A stretch of 64,000 bases of DNA from an uncultured Verrucomicrobiae bacterium (GCA_963762565.1 CAVXLD010000003.1:385538-449537), one strand, 5' to 3'. Numbered from the stretch's first letter, positions 43,757 through 53,318 are shown. The notes: generated by a model not told the origin, from the sequence alone. Translations and numbers: made by a program.

Positions 43757-45127
43757 ATGCACAATTCTTCTAAGACCCTTCCAAAGGATCCGTGGTTCGC
43801 TCCGGTGGATATCGGACAGGAGACTCCCGGTATCAATGCGATCCTTCAGCGATCGCACAACACGCAATTGGTTCTCCACCTATTTCAACTGCATCGGCAG
43901 CTCACCCGTGCGGAAATTGCGGTGCGGACCGGCCTGACCTTTCAGACTGTCGCGAACATTTTGGATCGGTTGCATAGACGCCGCTGGGTTCGGAAGTTGC
44001 CTCCTCAGCGATTAACAACCCGGGGGGCTCAGTCGGTACCGTTCGAATTGCGCGGCGATGCTGCCTGTAGCGTTGGGCTACAGATTGATCGTGATCATAT
44101 CTCGGGACTGATCCTCAATCTGGCCGGAGAACCATTAGCGAGAAGATCGGTCTCGGTTCTTTCACCATCGCCAACTCAAGCATTGAAGACCTTAGGCAAG
44201 TTCGTGAAAGAGTTTAGAGACATCCCCGGCGTCGATGGACATTTGCTCGGGATGGGAATCGCTTTTTGCGGGCTATATGATGCCATTCGGGACCAGATCG
44301 ATCATCCCCACCTTTTACTGGCTGAAGGCTGGAGAGGACTAAGAGTCAAAGAAGCATTTCGGAGGCTTTCCGATCCGGTTTCCGCCTCCGCAAGCTACGG
44401 CGCGACAGGTTCCGCCTCCGCAAGCTATGGCGCGACAGGTTCCGCCGCGTCCCGCGGCCGTACGACCGCTGCTCGACAAGTTTTTCTGATACAAACGGAC
44501 TCCCATGCGGCTGCGGTCGGCGAATATTGGGAACGATTCGGTCAGGCACCACGATGTCTGGCTTACGTCTATTTCGGCATTGGGTTAGGCTGTGGGATTA
44601 TCTATCGCGGGCGGCATTTTGGTGGGACCGATGGATTAGCAGGAGAGATTGCCCATCTGCCGGCGATTCTGGAGACGGAACAGCGCAAGACCGCTCGCCT
44701 CTGTGAATGTGGTCGCAGAGGCTGTTTGGAGACCTATTTTTCCCTCTCAGCCTTTCTCCGGGATTTGGGACCGGCAGACTGGAAAGCGAGGGCGCCGGAT
44801 GTCTTGGTAGAAATGATTCGCAAGGAGAAAAAGGAGCGGTATCGGCGTTGGGTGAATCAGGCAGCGCGCAGATTTTGGATGGTTCTGCCAGTTCTGGCTC
44901 CGCTCTTGAATCCGGAGGTAGTGCTGTTAGGAGGCCCGGCGCCGAGCGTTTTATTGGACGACCTGGTAGAGGCGTTATCGAAGATACGGCAAGCCGAAGG
45001 AGTGGATGATCGATTGTTTTATCCACGAGTGGAGCGGGCACGGCTGACCCAGGATGCAGCGTTGATCGGGGTTGCCACCGGCGTTTTATACGAAGCATTA
45101 CGGCCGGTTTTCGGGTTAAAAGAATAA
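43757..45127 (+). CDS. ROK-family transcriptional regulator with an internal 30-bp tandem duplication
   Basis: 456 aa. wHTH (LTRAEIAVRTGLTFQTVANILDRL), ROK sugar-kinase-like body, Zn motif CECGRRGCLE. Duplicated decapeptide SASASYGATG. Confidence 0.8.
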   Translation: MHNSSKTLPKDPWFAPVDIGQETPGINAILQRSHNTQLVLHLFQLHRQLTRAEIAVRTGLTFQTVANILDRLHRRRWVRKLPPQRLTTRGAQSVPFELRGDAACSVGLQIDRDHISGLILNLAGEPLARRSVSVLSPSPTQALKTLGKFVKEFRDIPGVDGHLLGMGIAFCGLYDAIRDQIDHPHLLLAEGWRGLRVKEAFRRLSDPVSASASYGATGSASASYGATGSAASRGRTTAARQVFLIQTDSHAAAVGEYWERFGQAPRCLAYVYFGIGLGCGIIYRGRHFGGTDGLAGEIAHLPAILETEQRKTARLCECGRRGCLETYFSLSAFLRDLGPADWKARAPDVLVEMIRKEKKERYRRWVNQAARRFWMVLPVLAPLLNPEVVLLGGPAPSVLLDDLVEALSKIRQAEGVDDRLFYPRVERARLTQDAALIGVATGVLYEALRPVFGLKE

Positions 45128-45135
45128 TTCAAACC

Positions 45136-46161
45136 ATGAGCAAAACGAAGATACTCATAGATCCGCAGCCCCGGACGATGGACATGATTTTCAGGCCGGA
45201 GGTGCAACGGCGCTTGGCTGAAATCGCTGAGCTGACAGTATTTGATACCGGACGAATGCCGGCTGAGACGGTGGAGCAGGCGTTGCCGGAAAGTGAGATA
45301 CTCGTTGGTCAAACTGATCTACCTCGGGAGCGCTTAAATCGAGCGCCTAAGCTGCGCGCTATTTTCAATGTGGAGGGAAATTTTCTTCCTAATGTCGATT
45401 ATCAATGCTGTTTTGAGCGCGGGATTAGAGTGCTCATTGCGAGTCCGGCTTTTGCCGTAGCCGTGGCGGAGAGTGCTCTAGGTTTGGCGCTCGATTTGGT
45501 CCGGGGCATCAGTCGCAATCATGGAAAATTCAAAACCAGAACTGAAGATTACGGACTCACGAGCAATCAAGGTTGTCATTTGTTCACTGGGCTCAGGGTA
45601 GGTATTATCGGGTTTGGCGATTTAGGGCGCGCGTTTCGTCCGTTGGTGCAACCGTTTCGTTGTCCAGTAAAAGTGCATGACCCCTGGCTTCCTAGCCGGG
45701 AAATTTTGCGTTATGATTGTGTTCCCGCGAGTTTGGAAGAGGTTTTGTCCTGGTCGGATGCCGTCTTTGTCTTTGCGGGTGTGACCACGGAGAACCAAGG
45801 ATTTTTGGGTCCCCGTGAATTGGCTCTTATCCGGCCCGGCGGCCTCTTCGTCTTGATGAGCCGGGCGGCAGTGGTCGATTTTGAAGCTTTGACTGATGCA
45901 GTTCGCAACGGACGGCTGCGAGTCGCTACCGACGTGTTCCCTGAAGAACCCCTTTCTCCTGATCATCCAATTCGGGATCTGGAGAACACCGTGCTATCCG
46001 CTCACCGGGCCGGCGGTATGCCGGAAGCCTTCATCGAGATCGGGGATATGGTGTTGAGCGATCTGGAATTGCTAGTGCGAGGCCTGCCGCCGGTGAGTTG
46101 TAAGGTAGCGCAGCCTGAGACGGTGAGCCGTTTTCGGGGGAAGCCGGTTGCGGTGTCGTGA
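45136..46161 (+). CDS. D-isomer-specific 2-hydroxyacid dehydrogenase family protein
   Basis: 341 aa, starts 9 nt after the ROK stop. NAD-binding GIIGFGDLGRAF and catalytic-region motifs (...SAHRAG...). Confidence 0.8.
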   Translation: MSKTKILIDPQPRTMDMIFRPEVQRRLAEIAELTVFDTGRMPAETVEQALPESEILVGQTDLPRERLNRAPKLRAIFNVEGNFLPNVDYQCCFERGIRVLIASPAFAVAVAESALGLALDLVRGISRNHGKFKTRTEDYGLTSNQGCHLFTGLRVGIIGFGDLGRAFRPLVQPFRCPVKVHDPWLPSREILRYDCVPASLEEVLSWSDAVFVFAGVTTENQGFLGPRELALIRPGGLFVLMSRAAVVDFEALTDAVRNGRLRVATDVFPEEPLSPDHPIRDLENTVLSAHRAGGMPEAFIEIGDMVLSDLELLVRGLPPVSCKVAQPETVSRFRGKPVAVS

Positions 46162-46175
46162 GGAGCGAAACGGCG

Positions 46176-46277
46176 AGTGGACGGAGTGGACTAAGTTGAC
46201 GTAGTAGACAAAGTGGATGCCGTGAAGCTGGCGCGTCCACTCGGTCCACTAAGTCTACTCCGTCCACTTAGTCCACT
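46176..46277. repeat. GTGGAC-motif repeat cluster in opposed orientations between convergent genes
   Basis: Left half gagtggacggagtggactaag..., right half gtccactcggtccactaagtctactccgtccacttagtccac. Complementary motifs but not a clean nested hairpin. Confidence 0.5.
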
Positions 46278-46302
46278 ATGCCGGTGCGCCGTTACGCCTC
46301 AA

Positions 46303-47697
46303 CTAGCTCCTCGGCAACAATCGCCCACTCATGTGAGCAGCCGCTAGCAGTACCACCACGGTGAGACCTGTGGCCCAGGCGAAACCAGTTGTCAGGGAGA
46401 ATGACTGCATGATGGTGCCCAGTAAGGCTACGCCTATGGTACCACCGACTTGGCGGGCGGAATTTAGGAGGCCCGAGGCAAGGCCTGAGTGTTTAGGATC
46501 GGATGAGATCAAAACACCGGCCGTCATCGCAGGCATGATCGAACCCATCGCGGCGCCTAATACCCCAAGTCCGGCAGCGGTGAGCCAGAGCGCGGGAAAG
46601 AAAGTGCTAGCCACCAGCGCGGCAGAGCCGATCGCGGCTGCAGCAAACCCGAGGGAGATTCGCGGGCGCAAATACCGAAGCCCGTTCTTATGGCCAAGCA
46701 CCCGGCTCACAATCGTCGGTACTAGTGTAAACGGGGTGATCACCGCCCCGGCAGTGAAAGCTCCTAGGGACAGGCCATTTTGGAGGTAAACGGATTCCGC
46801 AAACAGAATGCCGTACATACAAAAATTCAGGATGAAACCGACGCTGATGCAAGCCGAGAAGGTAGTCTTAGAGAACAGAAAACCAGGAAGCACCGGATGA
46901 TCGCTGCGGCGTTCGAGCCAGACGAAGAGAGCAGCCGAAAAGAAGAAGCAACCAAATCCTGCCAGGGCGAAGGCGCTGCTGCAGCCTTGGCGACCGGCCT
47001 CGATCAAACCGTAGGTGAGAGCAAGTAAAGCGGATCCCAGGGTGGCTTGGCCTGGCCAGTCGATGCGGCGAGGAGAATCGACACGGGCTTCTTTGATCCA
47101 GCAGTGGTTTAGCCATATCGCGACTATGCCGACCGGAATGTTTAGCCAAAAGATACTTCGCCAGCCGATCCAAGCAGTCAGTATCCCACCTAAAACCGGG
47201 CCAGCCGCAAAGCCGAGGCTGGCAGTATTCGCCCAGGAACTGACGGCGTGACCGCGTTCTACCGGATCTGGAAAGGTATGCGACAAAATGGCGAGTGAAG
47301 CCGGGACCATGATGGCGGCGCCAAGTCCCTGCATGACACGAGCGAAAATCAGCACGGGCAAAGAGGTGGACAAGGCCGATAAGAGCGAGGCGCCTGTGAA
47401 TAAGATCAAACCGACCTGATAGGACCGTTTGATCCCGGCGCGGTCTCCGATTGCGCCCGCCGCCAGCAGTAAGCTAGCAAACACTAACGTGTAGCTGTTC
47501 ACCACCCATTGGAGATCGCTGATACGGTTGCCAAACTCATGGCCCAGGGCCGGCGTAGCAATGTTGAGGGCCGTGGTATCGAGTAGAACCAAGAAGAATC
47601 CAAAACAAACCGCAAATAGCGTCCTCGGGCGACTCCGGTCCGCTTTCGATTCTAATACCGGCATGTCTAAGCCAAGACGGTCGGTTGTATCCACCAT
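46303..47697 (-). CDS. MFS transporter, DHA2 (EmrB/QacA-like, 14-TM) family
   Basis: 464 aa. LDTTALNIATPALGHEF and GAIGDRAGIKRSY motifs. About 14 hydrophobic segments. Confidence 0.85.
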   Translation of the reverse strand: MVDTTDRLGLDMPVLESKADRSRPRTLFAVCFGFFLVLLDTTALNIATPALGHEFGNRISDLQWVVNSYTLVFASLLLAAGAIGDRAGIKRSYQVGLILFTGASLLSALSTSLPVLIFARVMQGLGAAIMVPASLAILSHTFPDPVERGHAVSSWANTASLGFAAGPVLGGILTAWIGWRSIFWLNIPVGIVAIWLNHCWIKEARVDSPRRIDWPGQATLGSALLALTYGLIEAGRQGCSSAFALAGFGCFFFSAALFVWLERRSDHPVLPGFLFSKTTFSACISVGFILNFCMYGILFAESVYLQNGLSLGAFTAGAVITPFTLVPTIVSRVLGHKNGLRYLRPRISLGFAAAAIGSAALVASTFFPALWLTAAGLGVLGAAMGSIMPAMTAGVLISSDPKHSGLASGLLNSARQVGGTIGVALLGTIMQSFSLTTGFAWATGLTVVVLLAAAHMSGRLLPRS

Positions 47698-47765
47698 GGC
47701 CGGAGAACTAAATCACTGGAGCCATCTTATAAAATGATTCTTTGAAATAGAATCCATCTGATTTA

Positions 47766-48641
47766 TTGATTGCTATGCAAGTCTCCGATCTTAATCTCTT
47801 TGCCGCTGTGGCCAGGCACGGCAGCATTACCAAAGCCGCGAGCAGACTGAATACGGTGCAGTCCAACGTGACGACCCGGCTCCGTTTATTGGAGGAGGAA
47901 TTGGGGGTGTCGCTGTTTCAGCGGCACCATCATGGAGTATCGTTGACCCGGTCGGGGCGCGATTTGCTGCCGTACGCGCACCAACTGGATGTGCTTCTGC
48001 AGAAGGCCAAGGCTGCCGTGGCGTCGGACGGAGCGATCCGGGGAGCGTTACGAATAGGATCGTTGGAGACCACCGCGGCGGCGCGTCTACCCAGCCTACT
48101 AAGAAAATATGTACCCGCTCATCGCAATGTTGATTTGGCCATTGAGACCGGAACTACGCGGACCCTGATGCAAGCGGTTCTGGAATATCGATTGGACGGA
48201 GCTTTTGTGGCTGGGCCGGTGGAGGTGGATGAGCTGGATGAGACAGTGAGTTTTGTGGAGGAACTCGTGTTGGTGAGCTCCCCTGAGCACAAATCGGTGC
48301 CTGCTGCCTTACAGGAAGGGACAATGCCCAAATTGTTTGTTTTTCGGGTGGGCTGTTCTTATCGCCAGAAATTGGAGCGGTTTCTAGCTGGTCGTGGTGT
48401 GAGTTTGGTCAATCAACTCGAGATGGGTACCCTGGAAGGGATTCTGGGATGTGTTAGCGCCGGTCTCGGTATCACCATGATGCCGTTATCGGTGGTTGAA
48501 CCATACGCCAAACGCCGGGAGGTGGCGGTTCATCGGCTGGCGGCGTCGGAAGCCCGGGTTGACACGGTGTTCATTACGCGACGAGAAGCGGTCCGTTCGC
48601 CGGCTTTGGAAGAGTTCTTATCAGTACTCAGTAATCAGTGA
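47766..48641 (+). CDS. LysR-family transcriptional regulator
   Basis: 291 aa. Divergent from the MFS gene. HTH LNLFAAVARHGSITKAASRLNTVQSNVTTRLRLLEEELG. ATG at 47775 is the likely start. Confidence 0.88.
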   Translation: MIAMQVSDLNLFAAVARHGSITKAASRLNTVQSNVTTRLRLLEEELGVSLFQRHHHGVSLTRSGRDLLPYAHQLDVLLQKAKAAVASDGAIRGALRIGSLETTAAARLPSLLRKYVPAHRNVDLAIETGTTRTLMQAVLEYRLDGAFVAGPVEVDELDETVSFVEELVLVSSPEHKSVPAALQEGTMPKLFVFRVGCSYRQKLERFLAGRGVSLVNQLEMGTLEGILGCVSAGLGITMMPLSVVEPYAKRREVAVHRLAASEARVDTVFITRREAVRSPALEEFLSVLSNQ

Positions 48642-48698
48642 GAGGTGATTGGAATCCTGGAGCGTGCCTCGTTGAGTGTTGTTGCGGCGAGGCAAGCA

Positions 48699-48904
48699 GG
48701 GAGGGATCGCGTCCCCGCGATCCGTGATCGGAGCCGAGCGGGTTGGAAACCCGGCAAACAGATTACGTAAGTGGGTTATAGAAAGTCTTCGCAGCGCGCG
48801 AGGCTGCCGCCGCTTCGCTATGTCGCGCCCTGGCTCCAGGTTTGATAACGCCAAAGAACCTAGCCGCGGCGAAGGCCTTGCGTAGTCGGGACGCGCGCCC
48901 TCCC
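48699..48904 (-). repeat. R1 element, long variant (206 bp)
   Basis: gggagggatcgcgtccccgcgatcc ... gggacgcgcgccctccc. Both R1 termini are present, but the interior is about 85 bp longer than in the 123-bp copies. Confidence 0.65.
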
Positions 48905-48968
48905 GGGATCGGACGAAGCGCGCCCCACCAAAATTGGACCCTGGCTGAACCGGTGGTAAGAAGGGCTA

Positions 48969-49262
48969 ATGGCAGCGTACGTAATCTCTGAGGTTTCTGA
49001 AGTTGTGGATCCGGTTACAATGGAGGTGTACAGAAAATTGGCCGAGAAAACGATCAACCAGTATGGCGGGCGTTATCTTGTTCGAGGTGGGGCATGGGAG
49101 AGCTTGGAGGGAGAATGGGCATTAGAACGGACGATCGTGGTAGAATTTCCCTCCTGGGAACAGGCGAAAGCTTGGTATCAATCGCCGGAATATGTGAAGG
49201 TGCGTGAGCTAAGCCGGGTGGCGCTCAAGCGAAAGATGTTGATGGTGGAAGGTGCTTCTTAA
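48969..49262 (+). CDS. DUF1330-domain protein
   Basis: 97 aa. MAAYVISEVSEVVDP...GGRYLVRGG...VVEFPSWEQAKAWYQSPEY matches the DUF1330 pattern. Confidence 0.8.
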   Translation: MAAYVISEVSEVVDPVTMEVYRKLAEKTINQYGGRYLVRGGAWESLEGEWALERTIVVEFPSWEQAKAWYQSPEYVKVRELSRVALKRKMLMVEGAS

Positions 49263-49269
49263 GGACCGC

Positions 49270-49716
49270 ATGAGCACGCTCATCCACGAGCGAGTCGAAC
49301 TAGCGAGACGTGGGCTGAGTCCACAGGTGATCTGTCGACTTAAGTCAGGATGGGCGGTGCTGGGAGATTCGCAGTTTATTGCCGGTTACAGTTTGCTGCT
49401 GCCGGATCCGCTGGTTCCCTCTCTTAACGATTTAGCGCCGGACCAACGGGCACAATTTCTTTTGGACATGACCGCTATCGGTGACGCGCTTCTAGCTACG
49501 ACCGATGCTTATCGGATCAACTATGAAATCCTGGGAAATACTGAACCGGCGCTCCATGTCCATATTTTTCCCCGTAGGATGTCGGAGGCGAATGAATACC
49601 GGTTTGGTCCTGTCTTCGCCTATCCGAAGGCTGACCGAGAAAGCCGGCCGTTTGATCCTGCTAGAGATGATCGGTTGCTTCGATCGCTTCGAGATTTCTT
49701 GAAAACAAATGCCTAG
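49270..49716 (+). CDS. HIT-family protein
   Basis: Start taken at ATG 49270 (MSTLIHERVE). Histidine-triad-like ALHVHIFPR near the C-terminal third. Confidence 0.65.
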   Translation: MSTLIHERVELARRGLSPQVICRLKSGWAVLGDSQFIAGYSLLLPDPLVPSLNDLAPDQRAQFLLDMTAIGDALLATTDAYRINYEILGNTEPALHVHIFPRRMSEANEYRFGPVFAYPKADRESRPFDPARDDRLLRSLRDFLKTNA

Positions 49717-49733
49717 ACTATGTAACTGAATTT

Positions 49734-49768
49734 CTCACCACGGCCTTGCAAGCAAGGCACGCTCCACG
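49734..49768 (+). repeat. R2 unit, divergent single copy (CCTTGCAAGCAAGG)
   Basis: ctcaccacggccttgcaagcaaggcacgctccacg. Both stem halves changed together (C to T and G to A), so pairing is preserved. Abuts the cNMP gene stop codon. Confidence 0.7.
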
Positions 49769-50131
49769 TCAGGGGATGGTCTGCGCGTTCCGGCGACGGA
49801 TGCGTCCCGCCATGGTGCGCATAACGATTAGGGCGAAGAACGGCGTCTCCTGAACTAAGTAGAGGAACTGCCTTTCGTCGATCTTGATGAGAGTGCAATC
49901 GGTCCTGGCGATCGCTGCAGCGCTGCGAGGAGCTCGATCGATTAAGGCTAATTCTCCAAAAAAGCCGTCTTCACCAACGGTCTCGACAACGTGACCGCGA
50001 ATCACAATATCGACTTCTCCCTTCTTTACTACGTACATAAAGTCGCGATCCTGGCCTTCTTCAAAAATGATTTGGCCAGCCGTGTAGAGACTCGGGACGA
50101 TATCTTTCTCGAAGAGGTTCGGTAGTTTCAT
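49769..50131 (-). CDS. Stand-alone cyclic-nucleotide-binding domain protein
   Basis: 120 aa. FEEGQDRDFMYVVKKGEVDI, FGELALIDRAPRSAAAIA. Confidence 0.8.
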   Translation of the reverse strand: MKLPNLFEKDIVPSLYTAGQIIFEEGQDRDFMYVVKKGEVDIVIRGHVVETVGEDGFFGELALIDRAPRSAAAIARTDCTLIKIDERQFLYLVQETPFFALIVMRTMAGRIRRRNAQTIP

Positions 50132-50398
50132 TTCTTATCGTTCGGCTGGATTGCCGGTTATGGGACCCGCGTGGTGCGTGTAGCGTACAAGCACGCACAC
50201 GAGCTCCTGGAAACGGCTTACGAAGCGACTCTTATCTCTTGTTCGTCGGGCGAAGTAAAGCTGGAAAACGGCGCCTAGCGGTTAGGCGTTGCGGTTCCAG
50301 GGCTGATGGGAAGGTTTTTGGCTCCGCGAAGGAATGGGACTGATAGGACCTATGGGACCTATATGATTCGGTGGGACATGCTCTCATGGGACTAACCG

Positions 50399-51934
50399 CT
50401 AACCCCTCGCCACTGGTGTGGCTTGGCCGATGCCGGGGACCGTATCGGGTCGAGGTCGCGAGAATTTGTTCTTCAACTCAACCTCCAGCCATTTGCGGAT
50501 GCCGGTCAACATGAACCTTAAGGATCCGGGACCAGGGACAAACCCTGGCAGGAAGAGGCGGGAATCGAGATTATGCAAACCGTAGGTTCCGGCGGCGATC
50601 CGACGCTTAGCGATGGCGGCCAGGCGAGCGTTATAGCATCGCATAAATTTGCCAAACATTCCGCCGATTGGTCCGGCGTAAGGCAATGCCGAATAACGAT
50701 GGGGCCGATTACTGTAGGCTTGCCCGACCGGTCCGATGAAATAGGCGCCGATGTCCAAGTAGAACGCAACCGTCATGAGATCGGCGTCACCCAGATAATA
50801 GTATTTATCTTTGTAAATGCTCTCGAACCAAGTGTGAAATTGTTCTTGGTACAATTGGTTGTACCTGTCTCGCGCCTGGGTGATGTCTTTGCCGGCGAAG
50901 CGATCACTCAGAATTTCGAAAGTGGCGTAGCAGGTGTAGGAAATAAAATCGAATCCCTGGCTATAGAGAGGATCAAGGAAGCCGGCGGCATCACCGACCA
51001 ACGCCCAACCATCACCCATGGTCTGAGCGGAGTAGTAGGCAAGGTTCGAGCGAGCGTGCACATCATTCTCGATACATTCCGCATCACAAAGGGCCTTCTT
51101 GCCCATGGGATGCGTCATCAGATGGCTCTTCAGCCGTTCGCCCAGGTTCGGGCCCGGAGGTAATTCGAACAGCCGTTGATCGTAAACTAAGCCAACACTG
51201 CAATCGCCGCCCTTCAGTGGAATTAACCAACCCCACCAGCCATAACCCATTAGATGATTGGTGGCCCATTGGCGCATGGCCCAGCACGACTCGGCAAACC
51301 CGGGAGCTGTCTCCCATATTTCCGGACCATCCAAATCCGTGGTCTTACGAAAGCGAGCCCAAATCGCGTTGATAGGGTGGGTATCTAAAGGCCGGAATAG
51401 CTTGAGCTTCCTGGGGACCACCGCGTTGCGACCAGTGGCGTCGACGACCCAGCGGGCTGAGACAACGTGAGTTTCATCATTGAGTCGTACTTCGATTCGA
51501 TTGTTGCCTTCACCGCCTAATTCCAGGTCCATGACCTTGGCCGGTCGCCAGAGCTCGCACCCGACGTGCAAAGCCTTCTGCAGGATGGCCTCATCCAGCT
51601 TCGAACGATCCAGCTGGAAGGCATGCAGCCGCGTCTGATGTTTGGGCCCGATCTCGGTACAGCGGGTATAGGAGTCGTGGCTATCACGATAGAACCACAT
51701 ACGGAGGCCGGACTTCGTGATTTGCTCGTGACCCAGATGGTTGGATAGGTTCAAAACTCGGGTCAGGAAGCACGCACCCACTTCGCTGGTGGATTCACCG
51801 ACCTTTCGATCAAACTGGTCGCTCTTTTCGATGATCAGTACCCGTAACAAGGGATGCTGCCGTTTCACCAGAAAGGCAGTGGATGCCCCAGCGATCGCTC
51901 CTCCAATTACCACAAGGTCGTAGGCAGCCTGCAT
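50399..51934 (-). CDS. FAD-dependent oxidoreductase of the flavin-dependent halogenase type
   Basis: 511 aa. Dinucleotide motif YDLVVIGGAIAGAS, WGWLIP (WxWxIP) within YGWWGWLIPL, and GDAAGFLDPLYSQG. Confidence 0.65.
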   Translation of the reverse strand: MQAAYDLVVIGGAIAGASTAFLVKRQHPLLRVLIIEKSDQFDRKVGESTSEVGACFLTRVLNLSNHLGHEQITKSGLRMWFYRDSHDSYTRCTEIGPKHQTRLHAFQLDRSKLDEAILQKALHVGCELWRPAKVMDLELGGEGNNRIEVRLNDETHVVSARWVVDATGRNAVVPRKLKLFRPLDTHPINAIWARFRKTTDLDGPEIWETAPGFAESCWAMRQWATNHLMGYGWWGWLIPLKGGDCSVGLVYDQRLFELPPGPNLGERLKSHLMTHPMGKKALCDAECIENDVHARSNLAYYSAQTMGDGWALVGDAAGFLDPLYSQGFDFISYTCYATFEILSDRFAGKDITQARDRYNQLYQEQFHTWFESIYKDKYYYLGDADLMTVAFYLDIGAYFIGPVGQAYSNRPHRYSALPYAGPIGGMFGKFMRCYNARLAAIAKRRIAAGTYGLHNLDSRLFLPGFVPGPGSLRFMLTGIRKWLEVELKNKFSRPRPDTVPGIGQATPVARG

Positions 51935-52437
51935 GCAGCCATAAAGATCCGGTTTCGCAGCGGGTTATTCAAGACTTATCCGTCCGGCAGACGCCGGATC
52001 GTTTCCGGAGCTGGGCGTCTTTGGCAATCGAAGGTTAAATTATGTTTTTGAACACGCAACATCTTCGCGGCGCGCGAGGATCCGACGTTGCCCCGGTGGG
52101 AGAAAATCATCTGAATGCACCAGGCTATGTCGGACAGGCAGCGCGCCCTCCCGGATCAGGGGCCGGCACGAACGCACGGGAGCCTGGCCCCGCCATCATC
52201 TTCAACAGGAAAAAGCACTTGCATTTCTCGTCGGTGCGCTATGGTCCTACACACCGTGATACCACGCCACGCCATTAAATCGGCTAAGAAGCATCGTTCA
52301 CATCCGTCGATGCAGCTCTGGGCGTGTGCACCGGCGGTACGCTGTTGGTCTGACCGCTAAGGCGGCGACTGCCAACACGTCCTCTAGCTCCCCGGGCCAG
52401 TCATCCCCCTTAGGCACAAACACCAAAAGTCTTGTTT

Positions 52438-52980
52438 ATGAGTTACCTTCTCGCCATCTCCGGACATCCTACCAAATTCTCGAGACCTGGCTTTTTACTC
52501 CAGGCTTTAGGCCGGCACTTGTACCCGTACCAAGTTGAGCTCAGAAGCGTTTACGCAGTTGATTTGAAGCCGGAAGCACCTGAAGCGGCAGCTCGTTGGC
52601 ACGATCTGGCGGGGCTCATCCGAAATGCCCGCGGAATTCTCTTGCTCGCGCCGGTACCAAAGGACGACTGGAGCGGTTCTTTAAAGGCGCTCCTCGATTG
52701 CTTGCCCGACCGCGTTTTTCAATACAAACCGGTGATGGTAGTCGGTTCCGGGGGTTTTGTTGGTGAGATGCAAGACCTGGAGCGGTCACTGGCCGCCAAT
52801 CTTGAGCGCTTAGCCGCTCACGTATCGCTGTCGCCAGTCCATGTCGGGGTAAAGAACTGGGTTTTTGTTGGAGATCAGCCGCCATCGCTAACGGTGGCAA
52901 CAGAAGCACGATTAGGAGACGCCATACGCCGATTCTGCGGCCAGGCAGCCGAGACGGCACGGCTTTCGGAGGCAGCGTAG
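52438..52980 (+). CDS. NAD(P)H-dependent FMN reductase-like flavodoxin-fold protein
   Basis: Start at ATG 52438 (MSYLLAISGHPTKFS...). Pattern ...ARGILLLAPV...LKALLDCLP...KPVMVVGSGG resembles the FMN_red family. Assignment is weak. Confidence 0.5.
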   Translation: MSYLLAISGHPTKFSRPGFLLQALGRHLYPYQVELRSVYAVDLKPEAPEAAARWHDLAGLIRNARGILLLAPVPKDDWSGSLKALLDCLPDRVFQYKPVMVVGSGGFVGEMQDLERSLAANLERLAAHVSLSPVHVGVKNWVFVGDQPPSLTVATEARLGDAIRRFCGQAAETARLSEAA

Positions 52981-52988
52981 CGCTTTAT

Positions 52989-53310
52989 GTCGTTCTCGTC
53001 CTCGTCGTCGAGAGGGCCTGGAGGGGAGCCGCTTTGTAGGCCAGCAGCTCCTGTAGGTTGCTAGCCACCGAAAGCCTTCGGGGTAGACAGGCGGCTCCCG
53101 CGAATAACCCAGCGTGTTGCTTTGCCCGGTGGTCGCGGTCCCAGGTTCCCAATTCTCGCGCTGCCGATAGATCTGCCAAGCGCTCGACCATTCCCGGGAG
53201 CCGCCTGTCTACCCCGGAGGCTTTCGGTGGCTGCCGAGATACAGAACTGCCATGTTACAAAGCGGCTCCCCTCCAAAGATGGCGGGACGACGAGAATGAG
53301 GACGAAAAGG
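52989..53310. repeat. Composite ~320-bp palindrome: GAC-rich ends enclosing two inverted R3 copies
   Basis: gtcgttctcgtcctcgtcgtcg (52989-) ... R3 forward 53021-53101 ... R3 reverse 53191-53274 ... gggacgacgagaatgaggacg (53284-53310). Confidence 0.8.
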
Positions 53311-53318
53311 CTGCAGGC

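Noticed and set aside
52060-52152. A further R1 copy upstream of the FMN-reductase-like gene
   Set aside because: Only the last ~15 nt (gcgcgccctccc) and a loose cgcggcgcgcgagga match are present. It is too degenerate to annotate as an element, so it is mentioned only as a possible relic.
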